Assembly (NCBI GenBank): GCA_900769795.1
Contig: CAAGHZ010000001.1
Span: forward strand, 25,178-89,177
Length of the DNA: 64,000 nt
Origin: Clostridia bacterium
Lineage (GTDB): Bacteria > Bacillota > Clostridia > Monoglobales > Monoglobaceae
Direction of reading: 5' to 3'
Position numbers and translations under genes: made by a program. Under the pieces are notes generated by a model that saw only the letters and a list, made by a program, of their open reading frames with translations, had not been told where the DNA came from and did not search any database. Within the stretch, counting starts at the first letter, position 1, and each line of letters starts with the position of its first letter. Shown here one piece after another: positions 1 to 8,000 of this stretch.

Positions 1-94
1 CAATTTTGTTGCTGATATCTTCTCTTACTCTTTCTTCAGGTGTGAGTTCTTTTTCGTTCTCTACACTCTGAAAATCCTTGTTTTCATTTTCCAC
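1..94 (-). CDS. N-terminal fragment of an unidentified protein; the gene continues past the left edge
   Basis: The minus-strand frame is open from a GTG at 94 to base 1 (VENENKDFQSVENEKELTPEERVREDISNKI). An in-frame TAA lies just upstream and GGAGAG sits 7 nt before the GTG. It is too short to assign a family. Confidence 0.3.
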   Translation of the reverse strand, partial: MENENKDFQSVENEKELTPEERVREDISNKI

Positions 95-200
95 TTCTAT
101 TCTCTCCTTTGTGTTTTATTGCAAAATATAATTTACTTGAAAAACATTATACAATACTTTTTTAAAATTATCTACCCTTTTTTTTAAAATTTTCAAATTA

Positions 201-3200
201 TTAACAATCTTGTTCCTCTTCTTCATCATTTGGCACCAGACTTTCCAGAAGAGTGCACAATTCTCTCAGATACGCAGACTCTGTTTTAAAGTTCGGTTTT
301 GCCAATTTAAAATGCAGTTTTGGCTGATTTGGACTCGTCATAAACAAACTTCCGCCACGCTCATTCATAACCTCAACAAGCCCACCCATATCAGGTACAT
401 TTTCAGGGTCAAACCTCATTATTATCTGCTCTGCTCCACCTGTAAGTTCGGCAATACCAAACCTACTTGCATATTTTTTAATAAGCGCAACCTCCATCAG
501 GTTGGATACAGATTGAGGCACTGTACCATATCTGTCCTCAATTTCGTCGTAGGTATCATAAAAAGCATCTCTGCTGTCTATTGAGGCAATCCTCTTGTAT
601 GCACCAATTCTGCGACTGTGGTCTGCGATGTAACTTTCAGGAATATACGCCGTAACAGGAAGGTCAATAGACGTCTCTGTCTCCGACTTTGCCATAATAC
701 CCTTTTGCTCGCTCACGGCTTCTTCTAAAATTCGGCAGTACATTTCATAGCCGACACTGTCCATATGCCCGCTTTGTTGAGCACCTATCAAATTTCCTGT
801 ACCTCTTATCTCAAGGTCACGCATTGCAATCTTAAATCCAGACCCAAACTCTGTAAACTCCCTCATGGCAAGAAGACGTTTTTCCGCATCCTCTGACAAG
901 ACCTTGTCACGTCTGTAAGTAAGATATGCATATGCAAGTCGATTACTTCTGCCCACTCTGCCTCTGAGCTGATAGAGTTGAGAAAGTCCGAGACGATCCG
1001 CGTTTTCTATTATTATAGTATTTACATTGGCAATATCAAGGCCCGTCTCAATAATGGTAGTACAAACAAGGACATCTACCTCTCCGCCATCTACCTCCAT
1101 CATAATATTTTCGATTTCTGTCTCGTTCATCTTTCCATGAACCACCGCCACCCTTGCGTTTGGCACAAGTTCTGCAATACGATTGGCAACTTTATAAATT
1201 CCATCAACACGATTATATAAATAATAAACCTGTCCGCCTCTTGCGATCTCCCTCTCTATTGCCTCTCTCGTTACTTCCTCATCGTATTCCATTACGTAGG
1301 TCTCAACGGGATATCTGTCGCTCGGTGGCTGATTTATAATGCTCATATCCCTGATTCCGCTGAGGGACATATGAAGCGTCCTCGGAATCGGCGTTGCTGA
1401 AAGGGTAAGCACGTCAACCTCCGTCTTTAGTTCTTTGATTTTTTCCTTGTGGCCTACACCAAAACGCTGCTCTTCGTCTATAATCAAAAGCCCAAGTTTC
1501 TTAAAGTTCACATTTTTTCCAAGCAACTTATGAGTGCCAACTACTATATCAACCTCTCCCGTAGACAAGCCTTTTATAATATTTTTCTGACTTGTAGGCG
1601 TAGTAAACCTCGACAGCATACTAATATTTACCGGATAGTCCATCATTCTCTGCTTAAACGTGTTATAGTGCTGACTTGCAAGAATTGTTGTCGGCACAAG
1701 ATATGCCACCTGATAACCGCTCATCACCGCTTTAAATGCTGCACGCAGAGCAACTTCCGTTTTGCCATAGCCTACATCTCCGCACAACAGTCTGTCCATG
1801 GGATATGGCTTTTCCATATCCTCTTTTACCTCTTCTATCGACCTGAGCTGGTCATCTGTCTCGTCATAAGGGAAGGTCGCCTCAAAACTTCTCTGCCACT
1901 CAGTATCGGCAGCAAACGAAATCCCCTTTATATTCGCTCTTTTTGCATACAACTCCACAAGTTTCTTTGCCATATCAGCGGCGGCAGCTTTTACTCTTTG
2001 CTTTGTCTTGTTCCAATCGGTTCCGCCAAGGCTGCTAAGGCGAACAGATGCCCCTTCTTTTCTGTCATATCGATATACCATATCAAGTTGGTCTGTTGGC
2101 ACATACAGCGCATCATTGTTTTTATAACTAATCTTTAAATAATCTTTCAAAACTCCTTCAACGCTAAGTTGCTCTATCCCGAGATATAGTCCTATTCCGT
2201 GGTTTCGGTGGACAACATAATCACCCGGATTAAGCGTCGTAAAGTCTGAAATCTTATCTCCCTTTTTCCCTCGGTACAGCGGACGTTTTTTCTTCTTTCG
2301 TTCTCCTCCGAACACCTCTCGGTTTCCTATTACAACTGTTCTTATCAAAGGATACTCAAAGCCCCTGAGCAATGACCCGCCGCAAACAACAACGCCTCCG
2401 TCTGTCGGCAGCTTTTCAAGACGGCTCTGATACGAGCAGCTGATTCCCTCTTCCTCAAGTCTTAGTTGAAGAGTTCTTGCCCTCTCTGCAGTGCCGGCAA
2501 GTATAACAGCCTTGTAATGGTTGGCCTTGTAATATTCTAAGGCCTCGCGCAAAAGTTCGGGCTTACCTCCAAATCCACCAAGACTTCTTGCTCCTATATC
2601 AAAAATCTGATTTGATTTTATGTCTCCAAAACTTCTCGAAACTGTGTTCATGCACACAACTTCTCTGTCTGCAAGTTTTTTAACCAGTTCACTGTATGGC
2701 ATAGAAAAGTCACCCTTTATGTCAGCCATAATTCCTCTGTCATAAAGGTCAGTTAAAGTGTTTGTGCGCTCCGTCTCTCGCTCCTCTATACGCTCGGCAA
2801 TACGAGTTGGCTCCTCTATAAAAATCTTAAAATCCCCCGGAATATAATCCATAAGGGTTGTTTTTCTTCCATATATATCACAAATAAGAGGAATATACTT
2901 ATCCATGGACGGGAAATAAATTCTCTCTCTTATCCTCTCTCCATCACGGCGAAGAGTTGCCGCTGCCTTTGCGTCTCTCTCCTTGGTCTCATCATGCGAC
3001 AACGCCTTCTCAAAAAGTTTCTGTGAAAGTTTCTCCGCCATCTCTGCATCCAGAAGTATCTCACCCGATGGCGGCACCTCAAACACCTCGGCTCTGTCAA
3101 TTGTCCTTTGGGTCTGTACATCAAATATACGAATAGAATCAACCTCTGTATCAAAGAATTCCACTCTCATCGGATTATCGCATGCACAAGGGAATACATC

Positions 3201-3743
3201 GACTATTCCGCCTCTTATGCTGAACTGTCCCGCGCCCTCTACCATTTCTTCTCTGCGATAGCCAAGGCTTACAAGTCGGTCTGCCAAAGCATCTATTTCA
3301 ATCTCGTCTCCCACCGTCAGGCAGATTTTAAACCTCTCCCAAATATCTTTAGAAGCGGTTATTCCAAGCAACCCCTCCGGTGATGTAACAACAAATTGCT
3401 TTTCGTCGCTCATCAGGGAGTTCAAAGTTTTAAGTCTTGAACTTATCACATCTCTGCCCCTTGCCTCTATGTCATAAAACATAAGTTCGGATGAACGAAA
3501 TCTTAAAACTCTGTCATCCCCCGCAAAATTACATAAATCGTCATAAATTTCGGCCGCAGAGGTTTCATTTTTTGCAATAACAAGTCCGCCGCAGTTCAGT
3601 TTTTCGCATGCACAAAAAACAAGGTGTGCCCTGACCGAGTCTGACACACCTGTTACGCCAAGCGGTGCTTTATTGGATTTAAGCGCAGAGGTAAGTTCAG
3701 AAAACTCCGAGAGCCCCTCCATAATACCCAAAAAACTGCTCAT
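201..3743 (-). CDS. mfd: Transcription-repair coupling factor Mfd
   Basis: 1180 aa. Walker A GDVGYGKTEVA, DEEQ box LIIDEEQRFGV and LSATPIPRTL typical of Mfd/RecG helicases. The pth-mfd synteny is conserved and its ATG overlaps the pth stop (TAATG). Confidence 0.97.
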   Translation of the reverse strand: MSSFLGIMEGLSEFSELTSALKSNKAPLGVTGVSDSVRAHLVFCACEKLNCGGLVIAKNETSAAEIYDDLCNFAGDDRVLRFRSSELMFYDIEARGRDVISSRLKTLNSLMSDEKQFVVTSPEGLLGITASKDIWERFKICLTVGDEIEIDALADRLVSLGYRREEMVEGAGQFSIRGGIVDVFPCACDNPMRVEFFDTEVDSIRIFDVQTQRTIDRAEVFEVPPSGEILLDAEMAEKLSQKLFEKALSHDETKERDAKAAATLRRDGERIRERIYFPSMDKYIPLICDIYGRKTTLMDYIPGDFKIFIEEPTRIAERIEERETERTNTLTDLYDRGIMADIKGDFSMPYSELVKKLADREVVCMNTVSRSFGDIKSNQIFDIGARSLGGFGGKPELLREALEYYKANHYKAVILAGTAERARTLQLRLEEEGISCSYQSRLEKLPTDGGVVVCGGSLLRGFEYPLIRTVVIGNREVFGGERKKKKRPLYRGKKGDKISDFTTLNPGDYVVHRNHGIGLYLGIEQLSVEGVLKDYLKISYKNNDALYVPTDQLDMVYRYDRKEGASVRLSSLGGTDWNKTKQRVKAAAADMAKKLVELYAKRANIKGISFAADTEWQRSFEATFPYDETDDQLRSIEEVKEDMEKPYPMDRLLCGDVGYGKTEVALRAAFKAVMSGYQVAYLVPTTILASQHYNTFKQRMMDYPVNISMLSRFTTPTSQKNIIKGLSTGEVDIVVGTHKLLGKNVNFKKLGLLIIDEEQRFGVGHKEKIKELKTEVDVLTLSATPIPRTLHMSLSGIRDMSIINQPPSDRYPVETYVMEYDEEVTREAIEREIARGGQVYYLYNRVDGIYKVANRIAELVPNARVAVVHGKMNETEIENIMMEVDGGEVDVLVCTTIIETGLDIANVNTIIIENADRLGLSQLYQLRGRVGRSNRLAYAYLTYRRDKVLSEDAEKRLLAMREFTEFGSGFKIAMRDLEIRGTGNLIGAQQSGHMDSVGYEMYCRILEEAVSEQKGIMAKSETETSIDLPVTAYIPESYIADHSRRIGAYKRIASIDSRDAFYDTYDEIEDRYGTVPQSVSNLMEVALIKKYASRFGIAELTGGAEQIIMRFDPENVPDMGGLVEVMNERGGSLFMTSPNQPKLHFKLAKPNFKTESAYLRELCTLLESLVPNDEEEEQDC

Positions 3744-4318
3744 TATTCCATCACTACTCCATTATATTGGTTCATAGCTGACTTTGCGCCGTTTCTTATT
3801 ATCTCTTCTACTGCAGAAGCAGCACATATCGCCGCTTTGATTAACACTTTAGTCTCTTCATCCGAGAAATGGCCAAGCACATAATCCTTCATATCATAAT
3901 CTTTATGTTCAGGTGCGCCGACCCCGATTTTTATTCTTGGAAATATATCGCTCTGCAACTGATAAATTATGTTCTTTATTCCATTGTGTCCGCCGGCACT
4001 GCCCTTTTCACGTATTCTCAGTTTGCCAACCGGCAAGGATACGTCGTCATATATTATGATTATGTCCTCGTCATCTATCTTATACCAGTCCGCAATCTCT
4101 CGGATAGCCTCGCCACTGAGGTTCATATAGGTCTGTGGTTTTACAACAATAACCTTTTCTCCGGCTATTCTGCCATCGCCAAAAACTGCCCTGAACTTTT
4201 CTTTATTCAGTTTAATATCATACTTGGCACATATAGCGTCAGCAACCTCAAAACCTACATTGTGACGAGTACCCACATACTCTCTGCCCGGGTTTCCGAG
4301 CCCTGCAATAAGATACAT
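3743..4318 (-). CDS. pth: Peptidyl-tRNA hydrolase
   Basis: 191 aa. The N-terminus GLGNPGREYVGTRHNVGF is the canonical Pth signature. Confidence 0.97.
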   Translation of the reverse strand: MYLIAGLGNPGREYVGTRHNVGFEVADAICAKYDIKLNKEKFRAVFGDGRIAGEKVIVVKPQTYMNLSGEAIREIADWYKIDDEDIIIIYDDVSLPVGKLRIREKGSAGGHNGIKNIIYQLQSDIFPRIKIGVGAPEHKDYDMKDYVLGHFSDEETKVLIKAAICAASAVEEIIRNGAKSAMNQYNGVVME

Positions 4319-4335
4319 TTTATTTACCCCTGATT

Positions 4336-5706
4336 TTAGTTCTTCCTGTACTTTGTCTTTCTCCAGCCTTGTTTTACCACCTGACGCGCCCTTGCAATTG
4401 CCAATGATTCCTCGGGCACTTCGTCAGTAATTGTAGACCCTGCCGCTGTGTAAGAATACTTCTTTACTGTAACGGGGGCAACAAGATTTGTGTTACATCC
4501 GATAAAGCAATCATCCTCAATTGTTGTGCGGTGTTTGTTAACTCCATCATAATTTACTGTCACGGTTCCGCAACCAAAGTTTACTCTCTCACCTACATCT
4601 GCATCACCCACATATGTAAGATGAGAAATCTTAGTACCATTGCCAATTGTCGCATTTTTCACCTCAACAAAATCTCCAACCTTGATGTTGTTGCCGATTT
4701 TTGAGTTAGGTCTTATATATGCAAATGGGCCAACGGATGTATTATCACCAATCTCACTGTCAAGAGCAACCGATGACTGCACTTCTGTTCCGTTGCCGAT
4801 TTTGCAGTTCTTTATTCTTGTGTTTGGTCCGATTACGCAATCCTCGCCAATAATAGTGTTGCCCTCTAAAATAGTTCCCGGATAAATCACTGTATCGCAT
4901 CCAACCTTGACGTCTGCCTCAACTCTTACAGTTTCGGGGTTTATAACACAAACCCCATCTCTCATAAGGTTATATACCATTCTTTTATTTAGTATTCTGT
5001 CTGCCTCTGCAAGTTGAATTCTGTCATTAACACCAATGGTTTCTTCAAAGTCTGCAACGTATGCTCCGATTGTCTCGCCCTCGTTTATTAAAATTTCAAT
5101 TACGTCAGTGAGGTAATACTCACCCTGAGCATTGTTGTTGCTAAGTTTTGACAGAGCGGCCTTCAGTTTTTGTATATCAAACATATACATCCCTGAATTC
5201 ATCTCTTTGATTGCCTTTTCTTCTTCCGTTGCATCCTTCTGTTCAACAATTTTTACGACATTACCATTGTTGCGCACAATTCTGCCATAGCCTGTCGGGT
5301 CATCACAAACCGCCGTAATAACCGTCGCGGCTCTGTCTGATGCACTATGTTCGCAATACGCAGCCTTTAATGTTTCCGCTGTTACTATCGGGGCATCTCC
5401 GCAAACAACCATAACGGTACCATTTTCTGCCGAGATAGGCTCTATACCCTGCATCACCGCGTGACCCGTGCCAAGCTGCTCATGCTGAGTGGCATACTCA
5501 ACCGCTTCGCCAAGATGAGCGCGCATACTATCTGCCATGTGACCGATAACCACGATGTTACGCTCTGCACCGGCACCACTGACCGCGTCCAAAACCCAAT
5601 CTATAAGAGCCTTGCCACCTGCAACTTGAAGTGGCTTTGCTATTTTCGACTTCATTCTCTTACCCTCGCCTGCTGCGAGTATAATACTACATATCGACAT
5701 ATACAT
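4336..5706 (-). CDS. glmU: Bifunctional UDP-N-acetylglucosamine pyrophosphorylase / glucosamine-1-phosphate N-acetyltransferase
   Basis: 456 aa. Nucleotidyltransferase motif LAAGEGKRMKS plus a long C-terminal hexapeptide-repeat region (left-handed beta helix). Confidence 0.95.
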   Translation of the reverse strand: MYMSICSIILAAGEGKRMKSKIAKPLQVAGGKALIDWVLDAVSGAGAERNIVVIGHMADSMRAHLGEAVEYATQHEQLGTGHAVMQGIEPISAENGTVMVVCGDAPIVTAETLKAAYCEHSASDRAATVITAVCDDPTGYGRIVRNNGNVVKIVEQKDATEEEKAIKEMNSGMYMFDIQKLKAALSKLSNNNAQGEYYLTDVIEILINEGETIGAYVADFEETIGVNDRIQLAEADRILNKRMVYNLMRDGVCVINPETVRVEADVKVGCDTVIYPGTILEGNTIIGEDCVIGPNTRIKNCKIGNGTEVQSSVALDSEIGDNTSVGPFAYIRPNSKIGNNIKVGDFVEVKNATIGNGTKISHLTYVGDADVGERVNFGCGTVTVNYDGVNKHRTTIEDDCFIGCNTNLVAPVTVKKYSYTAAGSTITDEVPEESLAIARARQVVKQGWRKTKYRKN

Positions 5707-5724
5707 CCTCCTAATTTAAGTTTT

Positions 5725-6462
5725 TTATATAGATGGAACAGTAGCAATAGTTGCCGCGTATACCCTGAATGCTCCACTCTCTTTAAGTACCTTTGCACAT
5801 TCTTCAAGGGTTGCACCCGTCGTACACACATCGTCTATCAGCAAAACTGTCTTCTTATCTATCTTTTCGGGTTTCCTCACTGCAAAATTACCTTTTACAT
5901 TCTCTATTCTGGCATCAAATGACAAAGAACTCTGTTTTTTGATGACCTCTTTTTGAACAAGTGCGTTTGAAATATAGTTTAAGCCAAGCCTTCTTGAAAC
6001 TGCCGCCGCAAGACACGCCGCCTGATCAAAATGCTCATCCGAAAACCCCTTTTTTCTGGGCGGCACAGATACTACAACATCAAAATCCACTCCGCCAAAA
6101 TCACTCTTTACCATTTGTGCGACATAGATTGCCAGAGTACTCGCAAAACCCGCATTCTTTTCTTTTTTAAAGCCCACAACTGCACGTTTCGCACCATCCG
6201 CATAAACAAACGCAGATGTTATCCGCGTATTATAGTGCCGCCTTTTGTAGCAATCCTTACACATATTTGTATCAGAGACCGCAACAGGTTTACCACAGCG
6301 CCTGCACCTATGATATGCCTTGCAATAAGGCAATTCATTTGCACAATCCGAGCAAACGTGCTTACTTGTCTTTGGCGACAGCCTTTTGCCGCAAAATATA
6401 CACTTTGGCGGAAATATAAGATTGAGTAAAACTTTCTTTACATCATATCCCACACAAACCAC
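5725..6462 (-). CDS. comF: ComF-family protein (phosphoribosyltransferase domain with N-terminal Cys-rich zinc finger)
   Basis: 245 aa. Four CxxC pairs at the N-terminus and the PRTase motif LLIDDVCTTGATL. The start is uncertain: the GTG at 6462 is only 2 nt from AAAAGG, and an in-frame GTG at 6453 has better spacing. Confidence 0.8.
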   Translation of the reverse strand: MVCVGYDVKKVLLNLIFPPKCIFCGKRLSPKTSKHVCSDCANELPYCKAYHRCRRCGKPVAVSDTNMCKDCYKRRHYNTRITSAFVYADGAKRAVVGFKKEKNAGFASTLAIYVAQMVKSDFGGVDFDVVVSVPPRKKGFSDEHFDQAACLAAAVSRRLGLNYISNALVQKEVIKKQSSLSFDARIENVKGNFAVRKPEKIDKKTVLLIDDVCTTGATLEECAKVLKESGAFRVYAATIATVPSI

Positions 6463-6493
6463 CGCCTTTTATAATTATTCCCAAATCTACATT

Positions 6494-6522
6494 AGTATAT
6501 CATACCAAAATATGAAATGCAA
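6494..6522 (-). promoter_or_regulatory. Sigma-A-type promoter for comF(-glmU-pth-mfd)
   Basis: On the minus strand: TTGCAT, a 17-nt spacer, then TG-A-TATACT (extended -10). It sits directly after the repeat-borne terminator. Confidence 0.5.
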
Positions 6523-6550
6523 GAAATAAATATGGACGCAGTGTTTATAC

Positions 6551-6578
6551 AAAAAAGGCTCCCTTGTGTAAAGGGAGC
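6551..6578 (-). terminator. Intrinsic terminator of the orphan gene, embedded in repeat copy 1
   Basis: On the minus strand an 8-bp stem (GCTCCCTT/AAGGGAGC) with a 5-nt loop is followed by TTTTTT. Confidence 0.6.
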
Positions 6579-6606
6579 TGTCAGCGTAGCTGACTGAGGG
6601 ATTGTC
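6551..6606 (-). repeat. GC-rich double-hairpin repeat, copy 1 (left half; GAGGGATTG end faces the orphan gene)
   Basis: Its reverse complement matches copy 2 at 14/15 and 28/28 flanking positions around a 9-10 nt divergent core. Internal hairpins are GCTCCCTT/AAGGGAGC and GTCAGC/GCTGAC. Confidence 0.85.
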
Positions 6607-6625
6607 TTGATTTACAGCTACTTTA

Positions 6626-7672
6626 TCAGTTAATAGTTTCTTTTGGCAGAACATTATATAAAACAACTGCACCTGCATTTCCTTGGTTATCTACATCATA
6701 GACCGCAACAGGGGTGTTTGGGTATACTACCTTTATGTGCTCCGCTCCTTTTAAAACCTTAGAATGTGCCTTACTTGCTTCGAAAGAGTTACCCATATTT
6801 ATCGTTTTGCTTTTCCCTATAATATAAAAGACATACGTTTCATCTGTTATCTTATAGCTTTTTAAACCACCAAGAGTTATTTCCCGTGTTGTCTTGTCAT
6901 ATAAATTCCCGCTTTCCGAATACTCATCCTGACAAGGCAATCCATTTGCAAATGCCGTATTTGCCTCGGTTGTTGCTAAGTATATTCCCGTAATCCCTTT
7001 AAACTCATTCATTGTATACTTTATAAGCCGATTTTTCAATTGGCTTGCAAGATTTTCATAATTTATCTTACCGTCGCTTGAATAATTTAAAATCTCAACC
7101 CTCTCATATGGATACTCTTCAACAACGATACCAGATTTGTCAAGAAGTTGAATCTTAATATTTTCTTCATCCCAATCATCTAATAGAGTTACCGCATTTA
7201 GAACATAAGCATATCTTGAGGCAGTTTTGTTCTCACCATCCTCAAACTTAATACCTTCGGATCCTCCCCCCATAGTTGCAGCGTTACTTAGATTTTTCTT
7301 TTTCTCTTTAGCATATGGTTTATTCTTATCATCCCATATAAAAAGCTTCACATAATTTCTATTATGTGATACATAATTTGGAATATCTGTAGAAAAAGAA
7401 ATCATTTCCCCCATAGGTATCCTTGTTTTATCTAACTTTTGAATGTTAAAAAGCTGACCTTCCTCTGTATATGCAGCTACAAATGGCTCTATTTCGTAAT
7501 CCTTTATTCCGTTATTTAAAACAGAAAAGCTAACACTGGTCCTTCTTGCAGACATAGACAATATATACAACTCTGCCTCGGATGCATAACTCATTGGTTG
7601 CATCAAAGCCAACAATACAATAGCAAATAATAATATCCTTACTGTCACCAACTTTGCATATTTAAAGCACAT
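6626..7672 (-). CDS. Hypothetical secreted protein; no family recognised
   Basis: About 348 aa. N-terminal signal-like segment (KLVTVRILLFAIVLLALMQPMSYA/SE). GGGGGG lies 6 nt before the ATG at 7672. The coding region is visibly AT-rich. It has its own promoter and terminator. Confidence 0.8.
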   Translation of the reverse strand: MCFKYAKLVTVRILLFAIVLLALMQPMSYASEAELYILSMSARRTSVSFSVLNNGIKDYEIEPFVAAYTEEGQLFNIQKLDKTRIPMGEMISFSTDIPNYVSHNRNYVKLFIWDDKNKPYAKEKKKNLSNAATMGGGSEGIKFEDGENKTASRYAYVLNAVTLLDDWDEENIKIQLLDKSGIVVEEYPYERVEILNYSSDGKINYENLASQLKNRLIKYTMNEFKGITGIYLATTEANTAFANGLPCQDEYSESGNLYDKTTREITLGGLKSYKITDETYVFYIIGKSKTINMGNSFEASKAHSKVLKGAEHIKVVYPNTPVAVYDVDNQGNAGAVVLYNVLPKETIN

Positions 7673-7721
7673 CACATACCCCCCAATGCCTTATTTTACA
7701 TATTTGTCACTTATATTTGTC

Positions 7722-7750
7722 ATTGTATCACGGTTTGATGATATTGTCAA
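7722..7750 (-). promoter_or_regulatory. Near-consensus sigma-A promoter of the orphan gene
   Basis: On the minus strand: TTGACA, a 17-nt spacer, then TG-A-TACAAT. The -35 lies 7 nt inside repeat copy 2. Confidence 0.65.
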
Positions 7751-7756
7751 CAAATC

Positions 7757-7813
7757 AACAATCCCTCAGTCTCGCAAGCTCGACAGCTCCCTTTACACAA
7801 GGGAGCCTTCTTC
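7757..7813 (+). repeat. GC-rich double-hairpin repeat, copy 2 (right half; CAATCCCTC end faces the orphan gene)
   Basis: CAACAATCCCTCAGTC...GACAGCTCCCTTTACACAAGGGAGCCTT is inverted relative to copy 1. Its T-tract is degenerate (TTCTTC). Confidence 0.85.
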
Positions 7814-8000
7814 AACTATCTAACATCACCCCTATATGTTTTAAGTAGGGCATAGCCCCTTTGTTCAATGAATAAACAATCTTTCTTTGTCATATCATAG
7901 AGTTATAGCGTTTTTTCATTTTATACAAAAATAATCGTTCTTGATTGTGCATTATATGTACGGATTTAATCTATACACAAAACGTCGGGGGGGCACACAT

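Noticed and set aside
6487-6678. A 63-aa minus-strand ORF covering repeat copy 1 (contains ...SVSYADSSLYTREPF...).
   Set aside because: It overlaps the 3' end of the real gene and the terminator repeat and has no ribosome-binding site. It is the typical artefact of translating GC-rich intergenic repeats.
6551-7813. Reading the repeat-flanked gene as an integron cassette with attC sites.
   Set aside because: I found no GTTRRRY core sites at the repeat ends and no integron integrase in the window. The gene also has its own promoter, unlike typical cassettes.
7941-8000. A 20-aa N-terminal extension of glgB starting at a TTG at 7941.
   Set aside because: The ATG at 8001 follows a G-rich ribosome-binding site, and the extension has no counterpart in GlgB proteins.
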